64,000 bases of DNA from the human T2T-CHM13v2.0 reference genome, Homo sapiens (GCF_009914755.1 NC_060930.1), one strand, 5' to 3'; counted from the stretch's first letter, positions 34,336 through 49,954 are shown. Numbers and translations: made by a program. The notes: a model not told the origin generated them from the letters alone.

Positions 34336-36506
34336 GAGGGAACCTCACTTCCCATTACTTCCTTCTATATACCCTCTGCTTGTGTTCATGTCTATTTGAA
34401 CATCCTCATTGTTTGTCACCTCTGTGCCTTTAACCTATAAATACCATCCTTCATTTTCATTTATACTCAAACCCAACCTTATTGAAGTTATATGCTGATC
34501 ACTTCCAAAAAAAACTTTTCATGACTAATTTCATCTTGAAATGAAGCTTAATTAACTTAATGCTTTTCATTTGTATTTAATTACACATTATAACAAGAAG
34601 CATTCTTTTAATTATACATTTAATTATAGCACAGTGAGATAGCATAGGATAGGCATGGAGACAAATCACCTAAATTTTAATCATAGCTTCATAATTTACT
34701 CAATTTACTAGCCTTGGGTTTCACACTTCTTACCTAGAAAACCACTACCTTCCTTAGATGACTATTCTGAGGAACAGATGCATTAATTTGTATTAATATC
34801 TTGTACCTGGCACAGAGCCCAATAAATGTTAATAATCATTATCTTCATAGTATGTAACTAGCACCTTACCTTGTGTCTTAAATTTTATAAGTTTCTTAAT
34901 CGCAGAAGTTGTTTCTATAAGACAACTTTTATTATTGTCTCATTGCATTTTTCTACAAAAATGTGTCATATTGCCAAACATAATCTCTAAGAAAATATTT
35001 CTTTAATGAATGAATGAGGAAATTAAAAGCTTTAGTGTTTTACTAATGTGCTGTGCTGTCTCTGTTTGCCTCTCTTTTGCAGTAATATAGCTTTAACTAA
35101 ACAATCTCCCATAAGCAGCACATAACAAAATTACTTACAAATGGAAGACTATGCTTTTTAATTTAATGCATGCTTTTTCACCGTTGTTTCAGATGTAGAT
35201 CTATCATAAAAAGAAACATTTGTTATATACCGCTATTTTGCCAGTGTTTCCTTATGTACTAGGATCCAATTAGCCATTCATCTTATAGAGTGGGGAGTTC
35301 TGGAGTTCCAGGGAGGTTGAACTTTGAAGGCCTGTAATACGGAACAGAATCAAGCAAACATGAGTTTTATGTCTTTGCTGTTTCTTTAGAAAAGTATTAA
35401 AACATTGCTGGAAGCTGTAATTTTATAAACTTCAAAAGCTAGGGGAAATCAAACATTCTATAGGATCATGGTAAGACTAAGTCCCTTCATCACACCACAG
35501 TGATGACAACACAATCATGTCTCTGGGATATAGAATTACAAAAAGCTTATGATTAACTGAGTGAGAAAATTAGCAAGTTGAACAGCAAGTTCGAGGTTCC
35601 TACCTTACCGCAAAAGCAGGCGGGCCCTATGGATATTGTAATTAAGTGTAGAGCATGTTGGCAAATCTATCAGAATGTCGAGTTTTGGTCTCGAGAACTT
35701 ACACACATTTTTCAGAATTCCAGAACCATGGAGCAGTTTGAAATTGTAAGTGCTTATGTGTGAACAATCTTTTTTTTTTTCTTTACATGACATGATGAGA
35801 ATTTAAAGCTCATGCACAGATGGCTTTAAAATGTAGATAGCTATTCTGTACTTCTCACTACCCAGAACTTTTACAGGAGCTTTGACATCTATAATTTTTG
35901 CGGAAGACCTGACTAGAACACAATTTAAAGAAAGCCCAATGTATTCATTCTGTTTTGAGGCCAAGGCTAGGTGTTTTATTTCAGCCTGGCCTCTTGGAAA
36001 GAAGGTTCCCAGTCATGAAAAGGCCCCTCAGAGGGAAAAGTATGGCCCGAGTTCAACTGAAATCTTTAAGAGCTGGTGCCTCAAGCTTCACCAACAGAGG
36101 GTTTATTGGACCAGGGGTGTCAGCCCTTGAGGTCATTTACTTACTACCCTTTATTAACAAGTGCTCCTTGCACTAGGTCTTGATCCACATAGGTATTCTC
36201 CAGGTATTCATCTGCATGAGGGCAGGCAGAGCTTGTTGCTTATTAAAGCCAGAGGCTTTGCACAGCAAGGTAACATAGACTCTAGTATAAATTTACAAAT
36301 ATCATATTTTATTTAACAGCTAAATCCCCTAGTCTATTTTCCTTATCATCCCAGTAGCAACTAACTGCCTAAGCCACTGAGAAGTCTGCTTCCTAGGTCT
36401 ACTTAGTAATTCTAATGTCTGATAACAGCATTGGTCCCCAGAGTGATCTCAGGTTCACACTCATCCTTTCTTCTCTCTATTTTATAGATTAGAATTGTTT
36501 TTCATG

Positions 36507-36821
<315 letters not shown>

Positions 36822-37075
36822 TCATGGTGGTGGTCTGGCCTCTCAAAAGCTTCTCTCTCTTATCCCCTAAGATTTAGAAAACTCTTACGTATTTCAACCA
36901 TAAGGAAATAGCCAACAATACGGATACTCTTCATATATATATATGGATATACATGACTATGTACATGCCCACTCACCCCCCAACACACAGTAGATGTGCC
37001 TAAACCTAGCAACTCTTGTCAATGAGCAGCTTGAAGACATGTAATACTAGATCTTAAAGGGGCGCATTTCCTGAT

Positions 37076-37569
37076 GTATTTGTTTCATGTAACAAAGTAT
37101 TGCAAAGTTGGTCACTTGAAACAACAGAAATTTACTCTCTCACAGTCCTGGGTGCCAAAAGCCCAGCATCAGTATTACCTGGACAAAATCAAGACTCCAG
37201 CAGTGCTGTACCCGCTCCCAAGGCTCTAGGAGAGGATTGCGTCCTTGCTTCTTCCAATTTATGATGGCTGCTGACATTTCTTGGCTTGTGGCTTCTTTGC
37301 TCCAATCTCTGCCTCTCTCGTCACATTGTCTTTTCTGTGTGTGTATCCTCTTCTCTACTGTCTGTGTCAAATCTCCCTCTACCACTCTCTTTTAGGACAC
37401 ACGTGATTGCATTTAGGGTCTACCGTGATTATCCAGGATATTCTCTCTGTCTCAAAATCTTTAACTCAATCACATCTACAAAGACTTTTTTCCTTCTAAG
37501 GTAACATTTCTGGGCCCCAGGAATTAGGACTTGGCATCCTTTAGGGGTCGTTATTCAGCTTACTCTACC
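37076..37569 (-). mobile_element. MLT1C/D-like MaLR LTR
   Basis: AACAACAGAAATTTACTCTCTCACAG...TGTGTCAAATCTCCCTCT...TTATTCAGC. Confidence 0.8.
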
Positions 37570-37743
37570 TTCCAACCACCCTCCTCTCACTCTGAGTGCT
37601 TTCTATAGATTTCAGGGGATCACTTTACTCCTATGCCTCTACATTTATCACTCTTATTAGAATTCTATTTAAATATGACTACACATTAAGGACTACACAA
37701 GTAAAGCTCATTCACTATGTATAGATGAGGTTATTTCTGGTAA

Positions 37744-38037
<294 letters not shown>

Positions 38038-40280
38038 TGATAATTCTTAGACAGAATAAAGAAATAATCACACAAAAATTCCCAGAAACCAAAGGCCAGC
38101 ACTCCATTAGCTGCGGGAAAGTATCATGCTCTCTTTGTCTTAATCATGGGCATGCCAAGGTGCATTATAGAGAAGGGCATATAAAATATACCCAGGAAGG
38201 TAATTTTAAGACGGTACTAAGAAAAAGCAGGCCAGGAGGTAAGTCATAAGAGTCCAGGGAAAGCTAGTAGAACCTCTGGGGGGCATCTGACTCAAAACGA
38301 ATAATGAGATGAAACAAGTTCATAAGCTTAGTGACAAGAGTGCCATCGCTGCTCTAGAAAGCTATGCATTTAACTTTTGCACTCTTTTTATATTTTTTGA
38401 GGTCTCTGTGCTTTTCCCCATTGGTTGTCCATTTGTGAGCCTTCATTCAATTCTGTCCACATATATTTATTGAATTCCCAGTGTATGCCAGGCACATTAT
38501 GCAATGGGATGACATCCTGAACAAAACAAGCCTAATCTCCATCCTTCCTTGAACTTAAAGTTTGGGGTGTAATTACTTGGCTTTTAGTAGCAGGAAATTA
38601 CAACCGATCAGCTCTGTAATGAGAAATTCAGGGCCTATGATTTACCAGGAGTATGTCATGAGGATGAGAGTGGATCTAACATGTGCAAGAACTAAGATGA
38701 ATATGAAGCTAAAGGAAGCAGACAGAGCCCCTTGATCATCTGTGCCTCCCCACTTGGAGAGTCTCCTTTCAGGGCAAACTCATAGTGTTCCTAAATTTTG
38801 TTACAATCAAGAAGTTAGAATTGCATTAGAGCAGGGGTCTTCAAAGTCCTCAAAGGAGCTAAAGAGAAACACTGTGATCCCTCTCATGTGCCTGGTTTCT
38901 AACAAAGCAGCTCTGTTTTCATCTGTTTTACATCTTGGGCTTTTAAACAAAGGGTTCTGCAACAAGGACAATGAAGATTGAAAACTCCTGCTTTAGAGTA
39001 GCAGCCCCCACAGTGACCAAGAAACTTCTCCTGCAATGCCATGTGTGGGAAACAATTCAAAATGCATGTACAGGGAATGGTGGGTCAGGTACCATCTTAT
39101 ATGAAGAATGGAATATTAAACTAATACTTAACCAGTGACAGTGGCTGGTGTAGATGATGATAACCTGATTCTCTCTGGTGTTTCATTTCTTCTTCATGTG
39201 ACAGGAAAGATAACCAGGAAGGGAATGAAGAAAGGCAAACTGTTGTTTCTCACAATGCTTGTCATCTATCAAGTGACAATTTCCCTGCTCATGTTCCGAA
39301 AGTCTCCTCTTTTGAAGCACCTTATGTCTTCATGAGTTCTGAAGAGCTGTCCATGGGGATTGAAAACACAAGGGTGATAGAAAATTACATAAGTCTGGGT
39401 AAAAAAAAAGAAATTGAATTGAGATCTGAAAGTTTGATGAAAATCTCTCAGCCATTGTGTATGTATAATTTTATTATCTTACACATTTTTAGAAAGAGGA
39501 ATACAACTCATATTTTTCAGACTACGCTAACCTCTGGGTAGGATAAGCTAATAACAACATAACCAACAGTACGTTCTGGCTCTATTTCTGCCCAATCTAG
39601 TCTTCAGAAAATTCTCCCCAAATGGTTCTGAGTGTTCCTAGGTAGGATCTTGTTCTTTGGCACCTAATACCATCAGGCATTTTTATTCTTGCTCACAGCC
39701 ACAATTTCTTCAGTAACCTTTTATGTTGAAAGTGGCAGCTATACCACTGTCAACACTTATAATGTCACTTATAATGAACTGGCAAAGGGTGTCATCACTT
39801 TAGCCCTGCTCAGATTTCAGTTGTGCCAGGACCTGAAGGGGCCTGCAGGCAGAAATGAAGACAGCTCAGAGATATCTGGAAGTACTGAGCACCAGATGGA
39901 AAATGGGTGTATTCTTGCACAAACAGACAACAGTTTGGGTATGTAGAGCCAAGGCTTGTGGGGAGGAGTGTCCACACCTGCCCAAATGTTTCAGAATGCA
40001 AATACAACTTTGAGAACAGGAGTGGAGGATACATTGTCTCAGTAAATGTTTCTGCCTCCAAAAGAATAATGTTCATGAAGATAACAAAGTTTTATTTTCT
40101 GATCACCTGAGTTCATTGACTGCTAACTTTTCCCCTGTACACAAAATTATGAAAACTATAAATTATACAAGATTATTAACTAAATATAAATATATCATTA
40201 TCATGTAACAATTATAGTGTGATACTTAATAGTAATGAAGTATTAACATATACATAATTAATTTTTTACAATACTAATAA

Positions 40281-40958
40281 TTTTTTACTTATACTTTAAG
40301 TTCTGAGATACATGTGCAGAATGTGCATATTTGTTACATAGGTATACACGTGCCATGGTGGTTTGCTGCACCCATCAACCCGTCATCTACATTAGGTGTT
40401 TCTCCTAATGTTATCCGTCTCCTAGCCCCCCACCCGCCAACAGGCCCCGGTGTGTGATATTCCCTTCCTTGTGTCCATGTGTTCTCATTGTTCAATTCCC
40501 ATTTATGAGTGAGAACATACAGTGTTTGGTTTTCTGTTCCTGTGTTAGTTTGCTGAGAATGATGGTTTCCAGCTTCATTCATGTCCCTGCAAAGGACATG
40601 AACTCATCCTTTTTTTATGGCTGCATGGTATTCCATGGTGTATATTTGCCACATTTTCTTTATCCAGTCTATCATTGAGGGGCATTTGGGTTGGTTCCAA
40701 GTCTTTGCTATTGTGAACAGTGCTGCAATAAACATATTTGTGCATGTGTCTTTATAGTAGAATGATTTATAATCCTTTGGGTATATACCCAATAATGGGA
40801 TTGCTAGATCAAATGATATTTCTGGTTCTAAATCCTTGAGGAGTCGCCACACTGTCTTCCACAATGGCTGAACTAATTTATACTCCCACCAACAGTGTAA
40901 AAGTGTTCCTATTTCTCCACATCCTCTCCAGCATCTGTTGTTTCCTGGCTTTTTAATG
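40281..40958 (-). mobile_element. 5'-truncated L1PA7/8-like 3' end
   Basis: TATACTTTAAGTTCTG...GCCATGGTGGTTTGCTGCACCCATCAACCCG; TSD AATACTAATAATTT at 40270 and 40962. Confidence 0.93.
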
Positions 40959-42445
40959 TAAAATACTAATAATTTATCCTATAATTCCATTTTGTGTTTT
41001 TCTACACTGTATTTTCTACATTAATCTTTGTGGTTAATTTATTTAATTAGCTAATATTCTCCAAAGACTTCTATTTTTAAAAAACACATTTTCATTGCTT
41101 TATAAGTGGTTTATTAAACCAACTAGGCTCCAATACTACACATTTGTGGAGAAAGGAGTAAATGCTCTATTCCTATAAATCAAGAACAAAAGCTATAAAT
41201 GAGGCAGTAGTGCAAGGGACCAAATTCTCAAGTCCAGAATCCCAATGAGAAAAGGCAAATTGAAATTTGCTCTTTCTCAAACATTCGCTTTACTTAAGGA
41301 AATTTCTAGCTAATTGCTTTAGGCACAACTAAAAACAAATTCTGCATTTGCTAAGATCCATTAAAGAACTTGAAAATATATTATAGTTCAAGGGAACTAA
41401 GGCAACTCTCCACCACCACCCCTGGCAAACACACAAATCATTGCACCTGAAATTTCAGCTGTGCTAGGGAGGCCAAGCAACAAAGTATTCTTTTAAAAGA
41501 ACAATAGATCTTCTTGTAGATTCACTAGAGACATGAACAACAAAGCAACTACTGGAAAGTCTGGTAAAACTCTGCATGCATCTGGAATTGATAGGAAGAA
41601 ATGACATAGGACCATTATTTGTCTTACATGAATTCAAAAACTCATCTTGTTGAGCACTTTTTTCCTAAGGATATTTGTACTTCAACATAGTATAGCTCTT
41701 TCTTGTACACAGATGTACATGATGGATGAATAGAGTGAGAGCCTATGGTTTCAATGTTCTCACCCTCCAAAACTGAATTATACCAAGATGCTGCTAATTA
41801 CACAATAGTTCTTCTAAATGAAAGCTCACAGCAACAAAACTCACAGTAGGGGGTTTTAATGGGTAGTATTATATTATCGAGTAATTGAATCTTCAGCTGT
41901 TAAAGAGGTCTTCAGCTTTTAAAGTTAAAGACAACAAAACCTGAGTTGGAAAGGTGCCATATAATTAATTAGGAGAAAAAGCAGTACCAGAAAACAAATA
42001 ATTTCCTCTTTACCACATTTCCTCCTCTTCAGAAGTTTTGTGCATTTATTACCATAGAGTATTATCTTGTTCATCATCCCATCAAGACTTAAGTATTACA
42101 TTTACTTTACATGAGGATGTTTTATGTCACATTGAATGGAGTATCAATTGGACTCAAGATACTACAGCTCAGGTTTTTCTTACTCTGAATAATTACACTA
42201 CTCCTAATGTTATTATTGATTATTCGCGACCATTTTTCAATCACCAAGCCATTGTGGCAGGACAACATTAAACAGTTTCTCAGCAATTCATGTTGTACTA
42301 TATGATATTTCTTCCACAGATATAGAAATGGAGCAAGTATCTTGGCCAAGGTTACATCCTACCAAGTGCTGAAGAGGTGTTCAAAATGAAGAATTTCTGA
42401 ATCTACAAATCAAATGATTTTTTCACTAAATGATAGTTACTTCTT

Positions 42446-42474
42446 TGTGTGTCTGCGTGTGTGTGTGTGTGTGT
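42446..42474. repeat. Interrupted (TG)n microsatellite
   Basis: Seen directly in the sequence. Confidence 0.9.
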
Positions 42475-43236
42475 ATTTTATTTAACTAGAATGGTAGAAA
42501 AATTTCAAAGCCCTGGATCCCTTGGTAGGATCACAACTTTGTGGATGAAATAAATTGTTACCATTTATAAGTAAGGCCTGGTGCTTTGGGCAAATAATAT
42601 AGAACAAGCATTTCTTCTACATGAAATCTCCTTGGCAAAGAGTCATAGTGACTTAAGGTTGCTACCTGGCTGTTCGGGCCAACATTGGGACAATTCTAAA
42701 TCTAAACATGCTTCTCAACAGAAGCACTATTGGCATATGAAGTTAAACAATTATTTGCAGTTCTGGACTATCCCAATCATTGCAAGACATTTGCATCCCT
42801 GGACACTACCTACAAAATAGCAATGGCCTCCACACAAATACAAAACCCCACCCTACAGTAATACTGCCCTGAGCTAAGAACCACTGAGCTCGCCCAGTCT
42901 TATGATATTCGATAGTCAACAGCAAGCTGCTCTACTGCTGCAAGAAGCAGTCCTGGACTTTCCGCGCAGTGTTACATCATTTTGGCCCTAGCCCAGAATG
43001 TTAGGAGCAGATAACATGCTGCTGTAGACAGATATGGATGGACTAAGCCACTGCTATGGGGCAAAAACTATATTAGATCAAGAGAGACAGGTTAGGGAGT
43101 CCAATCAGAGTGTATGGATGTGCAAAGATGGTCAGTCTCCATACCGAGTTATAGTCATAAGTGATAAGGAAAGGAAAGAGAAAACACAGTAGGAGGTACG
43201 CATCTCCAGTTTATGGGAAGAAAGGGGCAGTAGTGA

Positions 43237-43653
<417 letters not shown>

Positions 43654-45169
43654 TCAGCCTTTACAATTACTCCTCAGTATCCAGTAACTACTCTTGGGCC
43701 CCACAGAAGACAGGCCAACTGTCGACTTTCATGTCTGTTATGACTTATTCTTGAAATATGTCACCATGAAGTCTAAAAAGCTTGATGCCCCATTCAACAC
43801 ATTTTGAGTTACATTTTTGAAAGAGGATGTTTGGGCAATGACACACAAATTATATGCACAAAGAAAATTAATTATTTGCAGACATGTAGTATAATTATAT
43901 GAGTTTATGCTATCCATCTGTGAACCTTAGTCTCCCCTAGTGCAAGCACTGCATATAATAAAAAAGGTTTAACAGCTTTCAGAAAAATGTATTATGCTTA
44001 CTTTTGCATAATTATGCAAATGATTGTTTCCTTTTGCACAAGAGTGCAAAATGTATTATGCTTACTTTTGCACAAGAGCAAACTCTTCATTATTTGATGG
44101 CATTCATTGGCTCATATGAGTGGAAGGAAACTTAAAGGGCCAACTGGTCCATTCCCTGGCAGTCAAGAGGGACAACTTTCAAACAAACCTTGAAAGATGG
44201 TGCCAAGGATCTGCCACTGGTGCCAGTTGAAGAAATATACCATTGTTTAATCTTTCACCCTCAGAAAGATTTCCTGTTACTGTGTCTATATTTCTTGCAA
44301 CAATTTAAAGTATCCTCAATAATTGGGGGTAAAAAGATGCAGACTAATGCCTGGTCACCTCCTCTATGTTAAAATGCTTCATGACTGAGCGTTGTTATTC
44401 AGTAATTTCTACCTCCTCTTTAGACCAAGTAATATCACTATGATTAGCTTTTCCCCAGAGGTCTTATTTTATCAAACAATAATTTTCAGTAAATCTCATA
44501 CTCAATTTCTAATGATAAAAATCCTTTTTATCATTAGATGAGAAGATCTTTCCAGAGGTCTTTTTATGCATGTTTAAAATTTGTATTGGCATCACACCAG
44601 CTTTTAATGACAGCTTCATGTGCCCTCCATATCCAAGTGCCTTGTTATTATAGCACAAAGGCATAAAAGTTGACTTGGCAAATGCACAAGATACAGAAAG
44701 AGGTAAAAAGAAGGGTGTTTACCTTTGTCCTGGGTATGAAGGGGTGCTTTACAAAAGACATGACCTTCAGCTTCAGCTTCAAGAACGAGAAAGAGTTTTC
44801 CAACAGAAGAAAGAGAGTTACTTTTAGAGGAAATATATGAATGGAATCCCAGAAGAGATGCAAGGTGTTTCATGCAAGTCAGCAATGCTGACACATAGGG
44901 TAGGGAATAAAGTGAGGAAAGGAGGAATGTAAGATGTATTGAGCATTGTCTATGTGTTAGATCCATCATATATATGATTTCATTTCATCTTCATTATGGT
45001 TGCATATGCTGACTCACATTTTGCCTATGATGAATCCAAGGGGTTAATACTTTGCCCACAGTGAGACAGACAGTGAGTAGCAAAGCCAGGATGAGAACCC
45101 TGGACTGGCCGATAGTAAAGCACATGCTCTGTGTTCATCATATTATTCTCTCACTCAGTCCAATAGAGG

Positions 45170-46130
45170 TAGCTAGATCATTGTCAGATCTTGAGGGCCT
45201 TGATTGTACTTCTAAGGAATTTGAACTCTCCTTTGTAGAATAAAAAGGATGGAAATTATTTTTAAATTTTTATTTTTTAAAAAATTATAAAAACAGCTCT
45301 TGTGATAGTAGGGGGTCAGAAACTTAAAAGAGTAGAAATGGTTTCACGAACACACTTAAGGAGGTGAAGGTTATAGCCCAGGTCAGATCCAATGAAGACC
45401 TGACTTACTGCAGTAGCAGTGAGGTTGACATGGAACAGATAGAATCATGAGTTCTTCAAGGCTTTATCTCCAGGGCTTGGTGAATTATTTGATGTGGGAA
45501 TGAAGGTCTGGGAGGAGTCTGGGATCACTCCCAGGTTACTGACTTTGGCAGAGGATGGGGTGGTGGTTAATGGTCATACTATAAATCACAGTAGTAAATG
45601 CCAGAAGAAGCAGCCAGTTTGGAAGTAGAAGATAAAGCATTTGGTTTGGGGACATATTGATTTTGAAACAGAAATGTCCCATAGATAAGGAGTTCTCTGG
45701 GATTGGAGTTCAGAATAGCTGAGGGTTGGCAGAGAAGAACAAAGTCATCCTAGAGAAAGACATAGAGTCAAGAAAGTATAAGCTGAGGGGTGGGCCCCTG
45801 GGGTCATCAAGTTTTTTAAAGCAGATAGCAGGTAGAGAAAAGGAAAGTGATTCAAAGGACTCATCCAAGAGGTAGAAAGTAAACCAGGAAGCATAATATC
45901 TCAGAATATGAGACAGGAGGCTATTAAAGAATAAATAACGGTGAACAAAGACAAATGCTGCAGAGGAGGCAAGGGAATTGGGAATTAAAATAGCCTATCA
46001 GTTTGAATAATTGTAAACATTAGAAGCAAAATTGGCCGGAGATGCTGATGTGAAGTGACTTGGGCTAAAGAAAAATATTGTTGAAGAATTAATATGGAGG
46101 CGAATTATAGATAATGGATTGAAGTGCATT
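45170..46130 (-). mobile_element. L2 fragments (MIR at about 44930-45140 lies upstream)
   Basis: GGGCCTTGATTGTACTTCTAAGGAATTTGAACT, GGGATCACTCCCAGGT and ACAAATGCTGCAGAG. Confidence 0.65.
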
Positions 46131-46429
46131 TTAAGAACTTGGAGCATAATCAATAAACCGAATATGCCAAAATCTTAAGATCTATTCATAAAACTAATTT
46201 TGGCATCTCTTTAAGCCCTGACTTCAGTGGGGATGTATAGTCCTTCCCTGTCCTCAGATAAAAACTAGGGCAGAATTCATGACTCTTCTAGCTCATAAAA
46301 ATTCTTTCAGACACTTCAAGTCACAACTCCAGTATCATTTTAATAATTAAAATTGTCCAGAACAACATAAACACATCTTCAATGTTCAATCAAAGATTAA
46401 AAATTTGTTCTTTCTCCCTAGGCAAAGGA

Positions 46430-47101
46430 GGCAAATATCAAGCACCACCTCATCTTGCTCCACCTGCCTTCCAAATCTTGGTCACTTACTCGAGGGCAAG
46501 CCTCAGCCACCATCACTACTGGTGATGCTCTCAGCCTCTCTGTGTCTACCATGGTGGAATCATCGCACTTAATCCCATCTAACTGGACCTGTGAAGACTC
46601 TGGCTCTCTTGCTACTTCCGCATTCATGAGGAAGCTAAGCACTGCAAGGAAGAGGGTCAGGCTTTCCTAGTGGTTACTTGGTGGTAGGGTGTAGGAGCAG
46701 CAGACTGAGAATATAACCCACCTGAGAAGGGTGATGCACAGGAAACTTAATGTCTCATGAGTTGAACTTGGACCAAAGAGAGACAAAAGATGGGGAAAAA
46801 CCCAGCTTCTCCATTCTCCAGTAATGCTTCTCCCTTACTTCTGTTGAGGGAATATTCTAAGGCACAGTGATTCCACAAGGCCTGTCTAGAAGATGTGCCC
46901 TAGGAAGAAGCAACCAGCTGTATGTTCTTGTAAAGCTGTGGAGTGCTCAGTAATGTATTGTCTGGTGTATGCTTTCCTTCTTTCCCTGCCTCATTTCCCT
47001 TTTTCTTTGATCTTGATATCTTAAGATTGTCTTTCCTAATAAAGGTTTAGTGCAAAAGCTTTCAATGGGGCTTTATATTTTAGGGCACCCAGACCAAGAC
47101 A
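46430..47101 (+). mobile_element. Old ERVL-type LTR (MER68/MER77/LTR41-like), left boundary uncertain
   Basis: AATAAA at 47038 followed by the LTR-like end TAGGGCACCCAGACCAAGACA. Confidence 0.5.
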
Positions 47102-49954
47102 GAGGTGGTTGGCTTCTCTCTTTCTCCCCATGAGACAGCAGCTTTTCTCCTAAACCTTTGTGGGCAGGATTTGACTGGCACTACTATCCTATGGCACACT
47201 GCTCTGTTGAACACTGACTCTTTCTTTTTCTGGGTACTTTGTTGAGGCCCTTAGGTAGATTATCCAGCTACAACTCCCTTGATGCAGACAGTGACTCTCA
47301 TTTGGCTGCTTTTTCCCAACCCCCCACTGTTGTCTCCAGGAATACATCTCACAGCCTCTTACTGCGTCACATCCCTATGCCATGCTCTTCAGTGGGCCCC
47401 TTGAAGTCCCTCTTAGAAGAGCTAGGGTTAAGAAGTTGCACCCCTCATTCCCATGGGTGGGGGTAGAAAGTAGACTCACAGCACTCCAATGGTTCTCCTC
47501 AAACATATGTCTCAAAAAACGCCTCCTTTATCTCTACCCTGAATACATTTATATTCTTAATATGTGAGGGACTCACATTTTAAGTAGTACAATGAAGTAA
47601 TACACTTTTAGTTAACTACCAAATGAAATTTTGCATATGGTCTAGTATCTCCTTTGAAATTCAACATATATTGTTTTGTCCCAGTAAAATCCAACTTTGA
47701 TTTTACTTTGTTTTGATGTAAAGCAAGAAATATTTATAAAGATTCGAAATTCTGGTTACATGGACATGGGAGAGAAGAAAAGGCTGAAAACATAAAAACA
47801 AAAAAAGGTTTTATTTCAGTTATTTTTCTCATCTGAAAAATGGAGCTGAAAATTCATCCAGAGAGATTGTGAAAATTAAATGAAATTAAAAATGTTAAGA
47901 CATTAGCTGGATCAGTCCCAGAATAAGAGCTCAAAGAATCTAGGATTCAAATATCAAGCTGGACAAACTAAGACAATTTTATAGAACCATGATGTAGAGC
48001 TCTTTCTTTAACTCAACTATGAACCTATTAGTTTTTCAATGTTCCAGTAATGTGGATTAGAGCAAACTGAAAGGATCTATGAGACAGGTATTTTTACTAT
48101 CCCCCTTTCACAGATGAGAAAAATGAGGCTTAGAGAGGTTAAGTTTTCAAAACAATTCTTCTTCCAAAGTTGCTACTATCTCAAAAGTCACAAGTTTTCA
48201 GGAAGGGCAGGAGTCTTTGTATGGAGAGAAAGAAGAGAGAAGTTGGCTGTGCCCTACTGTGGATGCATCTCTTTGCTCACACGTAGTGACCTCTCATGGA
48301 GGTCTTCACATGGATCAGAAGCCAGCACTTCTGCCCACCCCAGAAACATATTTCACTCATAATGCATTAGCACGTAAGGCAAATTTTATTAAAGAATTCA
48401 TGGTATGATGTGGAAAAACATCTGGTAAAAATTGCATAAAATCCTCCTCAGGCTTTTATTTATCTAACGATCCCTTCCCCCAAACCAGGTGTTTCATCTC
48501 CTTTCTTCTTCCTCCCTTTATCTCCTAAGGAAGGTAATCACCTGTTTGAATATCCCATTGAACAGATAAAAGTTAGGCAAAGAGAAGGCAGTTCAAGTAG
48601 TATCATCCCTACTTAAGCATACTTCTGAGTTGTAAGGGTTGGGGAGGTGGCTTACCCACCCATCTGCTGTGGCCTACCAAATTTATCCATTATGTACTTG
48701 AGGCTTATTAAAAGTAGGGGGTGACAAGGCAGATTTTGATGCTAAGAAGAGATTTTTCTTTTAATTGCTCTGATGGACTGATATCAGGACCAATTCTTTG
48801 GCAACAAAGGACAAAACTTAATATAATAGGGAACAGGATGGGCCTACCTTCTTAGACACCTCAAAATGAAGGATACCAAGCTTTTCCATGAATTCTGTAT
48901 ATTGAGTGTTAAGTGTTTGAACCACCATGCAGAATTCTGAAATGTAGCCTTTTTGTATCAACTGTCAGTGGCATATTTAGATGTGAGTCACTACAGCAAT
49001 AGGGCAGAGGCAAAGGAAAAGACAAAAGTGTTAATGATCAACTATGCCATATTTTTTCCAAGGAGAAACGCAACTGCTTCCTGTTCAGCAGAAGAGAAAG
49101 AAACTAAAGGACATAAGAAAGGACGATTACGATATTCTGGAAATGTAAAATTTTCTTTCCCAAACTATCTTTTCTAAGACCATGTCTCCAAGTTATGTTG
49201 GTCTCTGATTTAGATGAAAATTTTTCTTAAAACTCAGACATTTCAGAAAGGACATGAAAATAACCACAAATTTCACTTACAAAATTTAAACAATATATAT
49301 CATCTTTTTCATGACTAAATAGATAATGCTAATAATAATGGCATAATAACCAGCTTCTTTTCAATTTCCATACAAAGATTCTTTCTCATAGGAAAATTCG
49401 TTGACTTGAAGTGTGAAGCATGAAATCCTCATTTAAAAAATGTAATAGGCATTTTTAAGCATGAAGAAGATCTTTTGACCAGGGAAAGACAAATCCAAAA
49501 CAATGGATTGTTTGTCTCTTTGTAAACTCAAACTTGATCTTCCTTGTAGAAGTAGGAATGTTTTTGTCATTCCTGCTATTGGCTTGTAAGTTTGGGTCCA
49601 TGTGGAATGGTTAAGATCAATCTGTAATATTTTTCTTTCTTGTAGATACAATGCCTATATCTATACAATTGTAAACAGTCCAGAAAAAAATCAGTCATTA
49701 ATGTTCGCAAAAATATATAGATGGTAAAATGTTGAATCTTTTTTCACTGAAGTATCATAGCACATTGTAACCCAAGCCAACTACTGTATTTGCTGCTATT
49801 TGTGATTTTGAGAATATAAAATATTAGTTTATTCAATTGATATTCCCCAGCTATTTCTGACTCTCAGTTTAAAATAAATTTATCTCACTGTTATCCCCTA
49901 ATTCAGTATCTCCTGTAAGACTATTTTTATCACTTTTATAAAATGCTGAATGCT

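Noticed and set aside
39689-40110. Overlapping ORFs with exon-like composition
   Set aside because: No recognisable protein and no convincing pair of splice sites.
46418-46670. 74-aa and 71-aa ORFs
   Set aside because: They lie within a probable old LTR and show no recognisable homology.
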